Shown here piece by piece: positions 34,042 through 47,631 of a stretch of 64,000 nt of DNA. How positions within the stretch are numbered: the stretch's first letter is position 1; every line of letters starts with the position of its first letter. A program made the position numbers and the translations under genes. This DNA is from Pavona decussata (Eukaryota). Where the stretch lies: the NCBI GenBank assembly GCA_977016875.1, contig CDRNST010000382.1, forward strand, positions 868,001 through 932,000. Direction: 5' to 3'. The notes below the pieces were generated by a model. That model ran no database searches, was not told the origin of the DNA, and worked only from the letters and a program-made list of their open reading frames with translations.

Positions 34042-34111
34042 CATCCTCGGTCCCAGAGCCTACGATCTCGCAACAATTTTAAAATCCACGGGGGCTCTGG
34101 GCACGAGAATG
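34042..34111. mobile_element. 70-bp MITE with a perfect 9-bp TSD
   Basis: gaaagaacc|CATCCTCGG...CGAGAATG|gaaagaacc. Confidence 0.85.
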
Positions 34112-34765
34112 GAAAGAACCAGCCTTGACACCAGCCTTACAAACAGACACGCATGCGCTTTGATCTACTGCGAATGTTCAAATCTGATTGGCTCACTTGT
34201 TGTTGACTATCCGATGATAGACGGATAGACAACGACCTTGCACTTTAGAAAAAAAATATATCTAAATACTGTTTGCTGTTTTTTGCTCTTGTTGTGGTTT
34301 TTGATACTTCGTTCCAGACATTGTTATTTTCCGTTCAGTATTTTTCGATTACATCCATTTCGTTTGACTTCGCGTATTACACATACTTTTTTCTTATACG
34401 TTTTGGCTGGCCGTCCACGCTAGAACTAGATGGAAGACTCGGTCCTTTATTCACTAAAAACGGATTTTTTCGAAAACACTCTCTAGTTGGAGTCGAGACT
34501 TCTCTATACGGAAGTCAATCGTTTTGGTGTGGAACACACCAAAACGTTAATTTCCGACTAAATGCAGGCGTCGCAACCAATCAGGTGCAAAGTGGCGGTA
34601 ATTGCCTTTGAATTGAAGCATGCGCACTAGACAGCAAAAGGTCCGGAAAAAAGCCTAGTAGTGTTAGCGCATCTTTTGATGTCCGTTTTTCAGTCCTCAG
34701 TGTGGACAGTAGAAACGGTGTGAAAACGCGGTGTGGACGCATCTTTTTCTTTCTCAAGACACTTA

Positions 34766-35179
34766 AGCCCCGCCTACACGAGCAATTTTTATGTGGCAAC
34801 TGCATGTGGCAATTTTCATTTGCCCGAGAAGATGGCTCGACAAATATAAATATTTTTTGTTAATTTGCGTCAGTCATAATTTCGCACAGCGGAGATGACC
34901 ATGGAAAGGCAAAAAGCCATGCAGGAGGCGCAAATGTTAGGGACTGTAGGGACTGGGTTCTACAGATGACGTTGAAAAAAATGTCACATTTTATGTGGCA
35001 TCTCGTCTACACGGACAATTTTTTTTTTTTTTTTTATGTGGCAGTTTTTATTTGCCACATAAAAACTAACACGCCAGCTTTTCAGCAAATGCAGTTGTCA
35101 CATAAAAATTGGTTATTTCTCATCATCTACACGGGCAAATAAAAATTGCCACATAAAAATTGTTCGTATAGACCGGGCT
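34766..35179. mobile_element. Harbinger-type MITE
   Basis: tta|AGCCCCGCCTACACGAGCAATTTTTATGTGGCAA...TTGCCACATAAAAATTGTTCGTATAGACCGGGCT|tta. Confidence 0.8.
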
Positions 35180-37191
35180 TTAAAAGGCTAAAGAGGTTTT
35201 CGAAAACTCTTTAGGGTGGCCCGAAGAGACCTAAAAACAATCCGGCTTCTCGTCCACGTCAGTTCTCTTGGAGCGATACTCTATCGGCTCATTATTCGCT
35301 CTCGAGTTTTGTCACCTGCCATCTAATGAAGATAATGCCATATGTTACTGGCAGTCCGTAAAATAAATAATCGATAGAGAAACAAGTTGTGATTTCAACC
35401 TGATTTGCATTGATTTCCGAAAGTAGCCATTAACCGATTAATTCACTGATTTCAGTTGATTAGCATCTAAAGAGTGCTGTCAGCTTCAATGGACTCATCC
35501 ACAACTGCGTATGATAGAAATCTACTCCAAGTTGATGTTTTAAGCAATATTTTAAAATGAAAAATAAATTAATAAAGTTACATTCGATTTCAACTCTGTG
35601 TGATACATGATTCTCAGAAACGTATAAATTTTCATTAAAGAGGATTTAAAAAGAGACATTTACGTCACGAATGGAGAAAATCAATTGCATGAAACCTTTG
35701 AAGCTCCCAGTCGATATTACTGGTGATTGCAAAGACAGAAAACATTACTAGGTCACGTATCTGGTAAGATTATTTCAGCTGTGCGTTTTACTGGAATCGA
35801 AACACACACCCCGCCCCTCTCCATATAACAGAATCAAAGATCGTATATGAAGTGATCTGAATAATTCAGTTCGCAGTTGGCAAGACGTAAACATAAGTTC
35901 ATCTTTTATTCAGAACGGGCAATCGACCAGTCTAAGACATTTGCAAAGAATTAGAAAATACCGTGTTGCATTCATTGAATAGTAAACGTATTCAGAACAA
36001 ACTGTTTTAAATTAAAGCTGAGATAAATTATTATTTTTTTAATTTCGATGAATTAATCGAAACGTTCTACTGTTATATTAAGGAGAATGTCATAGTTACA
36101 TTGCGCAATATATTATCTAAAATTTCTAATTTTCGTGTACCTCAATAATTATTATTATCTTAAAATCCTGGTGAGATTAAGTAACGTTATATTTGGAATA
36201 ATCGGTTGCCTTTTTGTTGTTAAAAAGACTGAAAAACAGCTTTTTTTTTTTCCTTCATATTCTTATTTTGTCGTAGGGTAATTATGATTTGTACTAGGTT
36301 GGCCTTTAGCACTCGAGGTTAAGCAGTACACCGACTTAACAGTTTTGCTTTAGAAGCGTTCAAACTTTGAGCTTTGTTGAAAGTGTCCCGATTAAAGATG
36401 CGTAAGCGGCACAGGTGAAAGTTAAAAGAAAGAAAAAAGACAAAAGCCTCTTCGCCGAGTTCCGGATATGCACGAAACAGAATATGAATAAATTCTATTT
36501 TCTCGTTGAAAAATGCGCAGTTGAATCTGGTCTTGCTGCCTGTACTGTCTGGCAACTCCGTCGCTGCTAAAATTGAAGAAGTTTGCTTCGAAACCTGCTT
36601 GGGAAAGTCCAGCGTAAATCATTCGAAGGTATGTCACATTATCAGTTTATTTAGACAATTTAAGTTATATTTTATTTCATTTTTTGTTACGCAATTCGGA
36701 CCTTAGTTTGTGGCCGACGAGTGCTTGTGTTAAGGATAATTTTTTATTTTATTTTCAGCGTTCACTAGCAACCGCCGTTTACTAACATTGCCTTTTCGAA
36801 GATAAACGTTTTGAATCTTAAAGCTTAGCCGTACCTCAACACTAAATTTCGGTTACTCAGAGATTTTTTAACTTTTTTTCTACTTCCTAGATGGCTCTAA
36901 CACATGACTCTAGATCAACCAATTTAGAGTGTAAAAATTAGAAATAAGTCCTTTTTTCTCTATTTTACACAGAATTATGCTTCAACTACACAAGCCAGAG
37001 CGATTTTGATTAGCAACCTACACCTGCGACAACAAAACTGAAAACCGCAAAGATTATTTTTTTGAAGACTGCAAAAAGGTTCTTTGCGACTTCTGGTTTC
37101 GCTTGTAAAGGAAAATAAGAAAAAAATCGGCTCTCAACGTTTTCTGGTGAAGGCCACAACAGGAACGTAAAAGGAAGAAAAACGCGCAGCG

Positions 37192-38142
37192 ATGTCGAAG
37201 GGAGAATTTGCAAACACCACTGAGTATGTATGTTCCTGGCCGCTAAATCCAGCTGTAACCTCTTGCGCAGAACCAAACGTTCTTTACATGCCTCTTTTGG
37301 TGCTAGCGATTGCGATAAACGCTGTTCTCTCAATGGCCGCGGTGACGGGCAACGCGCTGTGGATTGCTGCATACGCCAAGACGCCTTCGCTTCAAACGCC
37401 CCTCAACATGTGCTTACTCAGCTTGGCTTCAGTTGGTCTCTTCAACGGTGTTGCCATGGAACCTTTGATTATATCAGACATGGGGTTCTTTCTGGCATGT
37501 CCTTCCACGACATGCTCGCTGGAAAACATTGTGTCTGGCATAGTAACCTTAGTTGCAGACAGTACCCTGCAAAACTTTGCTGTGATCTGTATTGATCGCT
37601 ACATAGCGATTCTTCACAGCGCCAAATACACTCGGTGGGTTACCAAAACCCGCATCTTCATCGCTTTTCTCGTTTACGCTCTGTTTCGTTTATTTTTAAG
37701 CGTCTGTGTTTTCACAGGATTGATCGATTATCACGCGCTTGTGATCTCGTCGATAGTTTTTAGTATCGTTATAATAATCTTTACTTCTCTAAGAATGTTT
37801 ATCAGGATCCGTCGCCTCGGTAGCATCATCATTGGGCCAATGAACACGGAAGAAGAAAGGAAAAAGGCTCAAGAACGTAAGGTTACAAAGACAGTTGGTC
37901 TCCTGATCGCTGTTTCTGGCTTATGCTATACCCCAGCTCTTGGATATTTCATCGCCACTAAAGCAACGGTTGTTAACGCAGGGTTTCACACTGTATTCTG
38001 GCGCTACATCGAAACTATAATGATGTTGAACGCTGTACTAAACTTTTCTGTTTATTTTTCTCGGCACAAAGACAAACGAGTTGCCGTCCGTAAGGTTATC
38101 AACGACACGTTTAACATAATTAAAAGTTGTGGCTGCCGCTAA
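37192..38142 (+). CDS. Orphan class A (rhodopsin-like) GPCR, 316 aa, single coding exon
   Basis: Seven hydrophobic segments; GN (TM1), LQTPLN, IDRYIAI, CYTP, NFSVY; N-glycosylation sequon NTT; splice-acceptor-like ttttacacag at about 36971. Confidence 0.92.
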   Translation: MSKGEFANTTEYVCSWPLNPAVTSCAEPNVLYMPLLVLAIAINAVLSMAAVTGNALWIAAYAKTPSLQTPLNMCLLSLASVGLFNGVAMEPLIISDMGFFLACPSTTCSLENIVSGIVTLVADSTLQNFAVICIDRYIAILHSAKYTRWVTKTRIFIAFLVYALFRLFLSVCVFTGLIDYHALVISSIVFSIVIIIFTSLRMFIRIRRLGSIIIGPMNTEEERKKAQERKVTKTVGLLIAVSGLCYTPALGYFIATKATVVNAGFHTVFWRYIETIMMLNAVLNFSVYFSRHKDKRVAVRKVINDTFNIIKSCGCR

Positions 38143-39820
38143 GTACGTAACACGGCAAACAAATTGTTAAATATCTGTTCAATTACGAATAAAGTAAACG
38201 GTTGACAAATTTGACTAGATTATCCCTTTTTAGTATTATATAATGATTCTACTGCGAGGTTTCGATGAGAAATATGTAATTTTCCAACTGTATTTGCCAT
38301 TAATTTAGTCAGTTCCTTGCGTGCAGAATCACAAGAAATTAATTTCAACATAAACTCAAGCGTTAGTGATCAATATTAGTTATAAGAATGCTACTTAAAA
38401 TGTCCTTAGCGCAAACAAATCCATATATCCTTGCCAACCCAAATCTAGCCTAAATTTGCATCTGATTTAAAATTGGCACGTCTTTCAGACTTTTTTCTAA
38501 CAAAGAACTCAGAATGCCTTTTTAATTCGGATTTAACAAAAAAAAGTGTATTTTTATTTTCCGTCCCGAATTTCTAGCCAAGTTTCCTGATCAGTCAGAA
38601 TCTTTTCATTTAAACTGCGAGCCAAAAACATGTTTATAACCAGTAAATTTTCACTCAAATTGGGATCGAGCGCTCATTAAGGAACATGCAAAAGCTTTGT
38701 GGCAAATACAGTTTGTCACCCAAACAAAACCTTCGTCCGGCTTTAAGTGGCAATTGTTAATGGATTTAACTGCTCGATTTAGATATGACATTTAAACAGA
38801 AATATAGGATCAAAAAAACATTTCTGTGGGCGGAAATTGTGGGCTAACAAAACCTAGAGAAACATATTTTTTTCCTTGCTATTCATATGAAATGTTCACT
38901 CAACTGAGTTAATTTTTGATCCTCGCTCAGCAAATAAAATAAGCAAACTTTCATGTAAATAATAGTGTTTGGAATTTGGAGATTCTGATCAGGATGTTAG
39001 CTCTCAACTGTTGCTAGGTGTCCTGAATTATTCAAAATCTAGCTCTGTTTACCACTGATTAACATACAAAGCACACTTGAAAAACACATGATGAATTGAG
39101 AACTATATAATGGGATGGATCTTTAAATTCTCCGAACTGATCGGGTTGAAAATCTGTGAAAATCAGTTCGAGGAGTTGACATTTTAATCATGCTGTATAA
39201 ATTATGCCAACAACCAGAAGGCCTACTGGAAAGCTGTTCTCATTATCCAAAATTCACATCGGTTTAATTTGAAAGAATAAAATATTCAGCTCAAAATTTA
39301 TTCTTAAAAACAAATCATTCGTCGTTTACTTGCATGCATAATCAAACTATTGCCTCTGCTCTTTGCTTCAATGTTTAAGCATTTGCATTTACTTATCAAT
39401 TCTGAATGATATAAGTAGTCTCATTAAACAGTTTGTGAGTTTAATATAACATAAGTATATGGTTTGTTTTAAAGAATTATTACGCAGCGACTGCATTTTG
39501 TAACTCGGTTTTCTTCCCTCCACCAAACCAATATTTTCATATTCGAATTCGACCAGGAAACAGTGAGTGAAGAGCCATTCTGTGAAAAAACGGCATTGTA
39601 AACTCATATTTATTTATTTATTTAAATTTATTTACTCGTGTTGGCAAAAACGAGTCGGCCATGGCGACTATGATGAATTCACAAAAATGTTTGGTTAAAT
39701 GTTTCCAAACATTCTTCACAGTTGGAAAAGTGTTTTTTTACGACTTTCATCACATACGCAAACTTGTATTTCCCAAATCAGCTAATTTTACTTTTCCAGA
39801 GTACCTTGAACACCTGCCAG

Positions 39821-40004
39821 CAAATCTTGTTCCCAAAGCCCAATTTTGTTTTGGTCAACACCTCGGGTCAGTACCAACAGTTCTTGGGGGCTCAGGGGAC
39901 GAGACAATCTCGTTCCTAGAGCCCGCGTTACCCTTATCCAGCAGAACAGATTACCCTGGATAAGGGTAACGCGGGCTCTGGGAACGAGACTGGGGACGAG
40001 ATTG
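39821..40004. mobile_element. Two nested short MITEs with related TIRs
   Basis: Inner element 39905-39992 is flanked by the 9-bp TSD gggacgaga. Confidence 0.8.
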
Positions 40005-40499
40005 ACCCGGCCGAAAACTTTATCGGCATGTTCGCGCCAGATTGCCGGCCAGGGTCGCTGCCAGGTACAAGGTCACGTATTGGTTTAACGAATACGTGAC
40101 CAAATAGCAGAAGTTATGGCAGAAGGATTCAAAAACTCCTAATAATTATCACCTTGTTGACGAACAAAAAACCAAAAGAACTCTGTATTGTGTTAAAACN
40201 NNNNNNNNNNNNNNNNNNNNNNNNNNNNNNNNNNNNNNNNNNNNNNNNNNNNNNNNNNNNNNNNNNNNNNNNNNNNNNNNNNNNNNNNNNNNNNNNNNNN
40301 NNNNNNNNNNNNNNNNNNNNNNNNNNNNNNGGATGCTAAAATAGAACCACATAGGGCGCGCAGCGTAACCTATGCGATCTGAAGGAACTTATAAAAAAAA
40401 GCTGCTGAGTTAAAAAAAAATGGCGATAAAATATAAAAATCTCATAGACAATCTTAAGCTCTATAATGCTAAAACTATATTGAGCTCCTATGCTATTCC

Positions 40500-41638
40500 C
40501 TCAGGGAAACTCAAGTGACAGTAGTTTTGAAAGTTTTCACTATGGTTAGAGAACTCGAGATGGTAGCCTTCTGCATCCTTCTCAATACGTCATAGCCCCT
40601 GCTGCCAAAGAGCTTCCTCACATCCCTTGACCATCCCTCAGCACGTCAGTGATGATGTTATACTGTTCAATGTCATAGCCAGGGTACTGCTTCTTCAGCT
40701 CGAATCGCACTGGCCCGTACTTGACCGTCTTCTCCTCGGACTTCTTTTGCCGATGCTCCATCCACGGAGAGGACATCTCCACAGCCCACACCTTATTATT
40801 CTTGTGGTTCACAAATCGAGCGTCCACTCTGTTAGCCTTGACGATGATGTGTTCCGCATAAACTGGGAGATCCTAAAATGCTCATGCCTCAGATGACTCA
40901 TAGACTGGTTTGGGCACTGCACACGAGTACCAGGGAGGGACTGATTCAATTAGCCTCAGATCCCTCGTCATCTCGAAGAAGAGGACTTTCAGTGCTGTGT
41001 TGTGTCTTTCTAGGTATTTAGACTGGGCCAGAGGATAGCACCCCGCTAGCGCATGCACAAGAGTCTCAGGAGAGTTCCCACACAGTCTACACGTGACGTC
41101 GCCCTGTTCTGCACCTGTTTTGTGGACTGTGTACACCTTAGTAGACGTAAGCTGCTCGTACAACTCCACTACCCCAGCGATAGTATGGGTAGGATCACAG
41201 GTCCAATCACGCAACTAAGCAAAGCATTCACTCAGCATCCAGGGAGGGTACTCTAGAGACAGGCTCATGCCCAATTCCTCGGCAAACGTATGCTTTTCCT
41301 TCATCAGCGACGTATGTCCCTTCTCTACCGCCCTCTCTTCTAACTGTTGCACTGCCCTCATAGTGGGATCCAAGTTCTGACAAAGCTTCATTACCGCCTT
41401 GATCTTGGTCAATTTGTATTCACGCTCAACCGAGCACAAGCCACGCCCTCCTTTCTCTTTTGCCAAATACATTATCGCCGTCAAGCTTAAGGGATGCTTC
41501 CCACCATTTTCACAGATGATCTTTCTAGCCTCTCTGTTAATAACCCGCAGTTCTGTGATTGGCCAGTGTTGAATCCACATCAAATAGTAGGTTAGGACTG
41601 ACATTGCGAACTGCCCCCGCTCTTACTCGGTTAATATC
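40500..41638 (-). mobile_element. Degenerate restriction-like-endonuclease non-LTR retrotransposon 3' part (R4/Dong-like)
   Basis: GGRGL motif, CCHC knuckle [47 protein letters not shown]; in-frame stops; lies between N gaps. Confidence 0.85.
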
Positions 41639-43041
41639 NNNNNNNNNNNNNNNNNNNNNNNNNNNNNNNNNNNNNNNNNNNNNNNNNNNNNNNNNNNNNN
41701 NNNNNNNNNNNNNNNNNNNNNNNNNNNNNNNNNNNNNNNNNNNNNNNNNNNNNNNNNNNNNNNNNNNNNNNNNNNNNNNNNNNNNNNNNNNNGAGGCTTA
41801 ATTTGCCAGTTGTTGAGAGGAAATTGCCGCCAAAATGTCTGCCTGTTTCACTGTTTTAAACTGTTAAAACTAAGCTCGAGGTAAAAGGGTTTATATTAAG
41901 TCATCAGAGCAAACAATTCCAATCGCAATTTTTGGCAAGTTTGTATTTTTTCTTAATTGCGAATACCTCCTCAAGTCCCATAATTTCAACGAAGCAAAAA
42001 ATTGTTACGTCACTTTTTAGGACTATGCTGTCACAACAGCACTAATCAGCCAACCGAATCAACAAGTATGCATGGAATGATATTTCGTCTCAATTAACTC
42101 CAAAATTTGCTCTTGAAGTGTCTTCTCTTCTATTTGTTGTTGTCTTCAACATAGGGTACACCTTACGCCCACAATGTACCATTACCAACTGTTTCTTTGT
42201 GTTTTGCTTTAGTTGTGTTAGTAGAATTTGCTTTGTCCATATATTCTGGTAAAACGTAGGCTTATTCCTGCGCAAGACGTTCTGCGCAGTGCAATACGTT
42301 AGGTGCCGATCACTACCTTCAACATTCCCTCGGATATACCCCGGACTTTTTTTTATCCCCATGCCCGGGAGTAGGGCATTTGACGCGAAAGGCCTTCCAG
42401 AGGATGGGGAATTTAAAATTTACCTGGGTGGGGTGGGGTGAGGAATTTGAACCTAAAGTGTCAAGTGTACCCCTTGTCCGGCGGAATACACCTGGTTCCT
42501 AAGCTATGGTCGAGTTCAAGAGGATAAATGTCGCTTTGCTATATAGGGTAGTGCATTTGAACGGCTTTTTGGACCCGCAGGGGGGGGGGGGGGGGATTTG
42601 AATTTTTAGAATGATGTGAACAAGCCAGTCAGACAAATACCCGAGGGGGGTGGGGGTGTGCTCGGGGTGGTGGGTATTTTCATACTTTAAAAAGTTTCGA
42701 ATTGATCGGCGCGTTAGAATTCATTTAGATTTGAAATGTTAGTTTGACAGCGATGAGCACTATAATGCAACGTAAGCGCAAAACTGTTGTTCTTGCAGTT
42801 TCCGTAAGCCAAAGTCGAGTAACGATTAAAAAGTTATACGAACAAGCAGAAACGTGTTTTACTTATCATAACAATACTAATAGATCCAGGTGTTTAACAT
42901 GTCGCATGTTCTTCTCTGATCATGGCCACGGCTTGTCCAAATTACCCACGCCTGCATAGAGACTGACGAACCAGTTTTTCCTTGAATTGCGGGGAGGTAT
43001 ACTCAGGGCAAGGCAATAAGCAAACGGTAAGAAATTATAGT

Positions 43042-43608
43042 TGAATATGAATATATGAAACATATATTTGAACTGCAAATGAAAGATTAAATAGAACTGA
43101 AAGATCCTCGTAGTAAGCACGCAACTTAAGCAGTTGCGAAAAGAAAGGCTGAAAAAAAAAAAACCATGCAGGCTTGAACAGGTTCAAACCCACGACCTCT
43201 GCGATGCTGGTGTGATGCTGGTGCGATGCTACCAACTGAGCTATCAAGCCAGCTGGGAGCTGTTCGTAATATACCATGCATCATAGTTAATCATGAATGA
43301 TGAATAAATGAATGTGAATATATGGAAACATATATTTGAACTGTGGATGAAAGATCAAATAGAAGAAAGATCCTAGCAGTTAGTAAACAACTTAAGCAGC
43401 TGCGAAAAGAAAGCCTGCTTACCTTGCGTACTAACTGCGAGGATCTTTCTCCTGTTCAGAAAGTAACGTATAGTACTTGCGGGAGCGTACGTCCGGTCAC
43501 TGTTTATTTTCCGTTTCCTGAGGACGTACGCTACCGCAAGTACTATACCTTACTTTCTGAATAGGAGAACGATCCTCGCAGTTAGTACGCAAGTTAAGCA
43601 GGCTTTCT
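43042..43608 (-). mobile_element. tRNA-derived repeat, about 1.4 tandem units, ending in a hairpin with 87-bp arms
   Basis: Period of about 267 bp (43042 and 43309); arms 43408-43494 and 43522-43608. Confidence 0.8.
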
Positions 43609-45919
43609 GGTTTAAACCCGGAAATGACCATCGTTCCTTCTTGTGCGGTTCGATTTGATTTTTCCCGCTTTAGACTTATGCTAATGTATTTCGTCTCATT
43701 ATAAGCTTTTTTTTATGTAATATGCCACCGGAGTTTTGGAAATAATTTAATTTTGAGTATGTTCAATATACATGTCAAGGGATTCGAATTTTGCAATACA
43801 ATTTTTACCAGTTTACATGAAATCTTAATTTGTAGACATNNNNNNNNNNNNNNNNNNNNNNNNNNNNNNNNNNNNNNNNNNNNNNNNNNNNNNNNNNNNN
43901 NNNNNNNNNNNNNNNNNNNNNNNNNNNNNNNNNNNNNNNNNNNNNNNNNNNNNNNNNNNNNNNNNNNNNNNNNNNNNNNNNNNNNNNNNNNNNNNNNNNN
44001 NNNNTTTCCGTAACGGAACGCCATACAGAAACTTATTTTCCAATTTACTGGCCCTTTTGAAAACAAAACTGGCAACAGCCAACTACAATTTCGTGAATTT
44101 TTATATCAGAAAGGTATTGGTCCGTAACATAGCGTCATAGTTCTGATAATCTTTATTATTATTATTTTTTTTTAATCTAAAATTTCTACATTTGTGATAA
44201 ATCCTCGAAAAACCAGTTAATCTTCCTGATCTCCTGAAATCTTACGGACTGGAATCTTGTTTACTCTTTTTGTTATAAATTTCATCATTTTGAATGAAAA
44301 TCTTGTCTTTTCAGACTAATTTTACTTTATTTGTTCTCAAATTCCAAGTTTCAAAGTGCTTTTGGGATGTATTGCAAGAAAACTTTATTATATTTTGCAT
44401 TTTTCTTTAAACAAAAGAGATTGGTACTCATTTACAGAATGGGTTTTCAACCGTCTGTTTTGCGGGGGCTTTTTCGCGATATTATTAACCCAGATTTATT
44501 TCAACTGTTTGTTTAAGTAAATTAAACAGTGGTAAATGTGGTCTAGAAAGGTTCCGGGAGAAAGGAACTAAAATATCTTGTAATAAAACATGTTGACAAA
44601 TTGGACAACTGCACGCTGTGATTTAGAAACACCTTTTTCAGCTGTCTTGGGTTTAATTATGCGTAAACCAATCACATTCTTTTCACACAGACGGGTAATA
44701 AAAAAGCCGGTTAACGCGCAAAACAGATTACACTGAATTTAGATGATCTGGAGACACCTCTTTCAATTGCTGTGGTTTATTTAAGCCCCAACCGAGCCAA
44801 TATTATTCACGTTCAAAAACAAATTAACAAGAAGGAGCTCTTACGTGGCAAAGGTGTACAAAATGAAAACGCTAGAAATCGAGAAGGACGATATGATTTG
44901 GAGGAAAAATTGAGGTAACAAGTAATTTTAGGCAAAGATTTGCATTTTTACTTTCTATTTCTGATGTAACTTGTCATTTGTGCAGGTTACATGTAATTAT
45001 TGTGTTTATAACCGAAAGACAAGGACTGCTTGGCGTACATCAAAACGACCGCATAAAAGTCATCAATTCGTGCATCACAGAACCCTGGGGAAAGTTAAAA
45101 AAAAAAAAAAAGAAAGAATAAATTTATTTACAGATTTTGGCGAGGGAATTACTCTGGAGTTATATGATTCATGATCTCCCAAAAGGAAAAAGAAGAATCG
45201 AGATAACTGGCATGTCAATTAATTTTTGGTTTCTACAGTGGACGGCCGGAGTGAAATGGCACAAGTCCTAAATCTATGGAAACCCAGTTTAATTTTCAAT
45301 ACCTCTTTTTTTGCCTGAAACAAAATGGATAATATTCAGTCCAATTAACCTATATTTGTGTATTTGGTCAACTTTTTCATTAGTTCCAGCTAGTCTGTGT
45401 AAACATTCGTAGGAAATAATTATCTTGAGCTTAAAATTCTAAACCGAAGGCTTTTATTGATCATCTTCATCTGAGTAAATATACGTGAAACTCTATTCTG
45501 ACTAAAGAGCCAGCACCTTCTCCATCAAGCAATCTAACGTTCTACATAAGTCATAATTTAGTGAAACGCAAGCACTTAATGAATAGCAATTATCATCAAC
45601 ACCCAGTAACAGAACTAAGAGCGGCGCCACGCTATTGTCAAAGAAACGATCAGACAAATTTCCGATTAACAATTACAGTTCGACAAATATAAATACCTTT
45701 GACTATGATTGGTTTTAATTGATCATGTTACGCAATAGTGATGAAGTTCATCCGCTGAGAGTTATCACTAAATTTCCCCGAGTCTGATTGGTTTAAATTC
45801 ATCATGTGACGTGATAGTGTAGGCACTATCAGCGCATAGTGTCCATCCGGCAAAAATGCCCGCGAAAAGTAGACAGTGAACAGGGTAGTAACTAAATGGA
45901 GATATTTTAAACCAAAAAT

Positions 45920-46280
45920 AAAACAATTTTTACCACAATTGTTTCGAGTCTCGCAATCTGATTGGCTTATTTTCCATTGTCGATAAGAGTATAGACAACG
46001 TTGCTCGCGTCAATCAGCGCGCGGAAATTTTGACAATTATTGTAAAAAGTTTCTTTGACGTTGATATTGTGGTAAAAAACAACCCGAATGTGGTTTAGCG
46101 TTGTCTGTACTCTTATCGACAACGATATTCGTCATTACAGTGGTACAAAATTTGTTGTGGGCTCACTCGGCTGCGCCTCGTTAGTCCACTACATTTTGAC
46201 CACTGTGATGACGAATATCGTTGTCGATAAGAGTACAGCTGGAGTACAGACAACGCTAAACCACATTCGATTTGTTAAAT
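45920..46280. repeat. Hairpin-ended repeat
   Basis: Stem 46086-46270 with core ctcggctgcgcctcgtt. Confidence 0.75.
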
Positions 46281-47631
46281 TTAGGCTCGAGGTAGAACCA
46301 ACTTGAAGCTAACTCGAGGTAAACTAGGGTCGGAGTTTGGCTCATCTTTCAGTGAGGATGCACCATTTTGGTTACTGCTGGTAGGTGAAAGAGTAAGGAC
46401 AGTAAGAGCTGAGCCATTGCAATTGTTATTAATATAAGCTTTGTTAAAGCGACCGCGTGCAGTTTGGCGTTAATTACAATGTTAGCCATTGGCAATTTAA
46501 GTGCGTTACAACAAGTTGTGTAGAGTTCAAAGTGGGGTAGATTTCTGTCCGAACAAGGAAACTGTAAAAGGAAATAATTCTAAATCAGGATTTCAATAAA
46601 CATTGTGATGTCCTAATCCATCTTTCATTGAAAAGTTACAGTTTACAGTTAACCGGGAGTTAAAACACTAAATACCCAATGGTTGAGTTAATCGAAAAAA
46701 AAAAGGCTATGAAAAACTAAAAGTTCTATAAAAGGGGCCATTTATGGCAGAAATAATCTCAGTGTTTTTACACCCTCTCTTGGTAATGAAAAGTGCAACG
46801 GGTGCTGTTTGAAAATAATGTTAAAAAAAGACTGAAGTAGTCTCTAATTTATTTTCCTTACAATCGCCGCTGTCAAAAAATGGTTATAAATTATCATAAA
46901 ATTTTCAAAATTATGATAACAGGAGTGAGTTTACAAATTGAAAAAATACGACTTTTCTGGCTTACAATACAAAGCCTCGATGTTATTTGGGCGGTTTCAA
47001 TAATTCCTACTTTTGAATTTTGTTTTACAGTCAAATCCTATGTAAAGAACTCGCTGATTTATCGTTTACGAAACCAGTCGCTTGGTGCCACGCTTCTTCG
47101 TCTCTCAATTGGACAAGTCTCCGTTCAGTTTTTTTAATCAATTTTTTGTTGTTCCCTTTCGCTGTTGAAGATTTCTTTTGCTTAGAGTATGGCAGCTTGC
47201 TACTGAAAGATTTGTCACACCTCATGCAACTAACATGAGGAGGACACAGGTCTTGGAAATCTTGTTCACAAGTACAAAACTGAACTCAGCGTCATTATCG
47301 TCGACTTAATATTTTTATGGCCAATTGTTGCCTGAGGTGACATAAGACTCGTCTCGTTAATAAATTATAACCATGGTATTAACTTCTCAAATGAGGTTTC
47401 TATTTAGAAGGTTGTTTGTACATTTTCGCATTTTACAGTTCCCAGCGAAGGAGACATAAGGTTGGTTTTTTCCAGTACCATACACTAATGTATTAGAAAC
47501 TTTGCATTAACTTTAGAGGTCGGTCAGGTTATGATAAAAAACTTAGTGGTGGTTCCCTTGAAATAACTATTCGCAAGGATTTCACTAACCTAACCAAGGA
47601 TTTCAACAAAAAGAAGGAAAACTGACAACAA

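Larger units (their letters stand above)
40200..44003. other. Assembly gaps at 40200-40330, 41639-41792 and 43840-44003
   Basis: Runs of N. Confidence 1.

Noticed and set aside
28828-38142. cGLR and GPCR as a CBASS-like synthase-effector operon
   Set aside because: They are eukaryotic genes 6.6 kb apart, separated by TEs, with no sequence evidence of coupling.
40149-44082. ORFs containing runs of X
   Set aside because: Artefacts of the N gaps.
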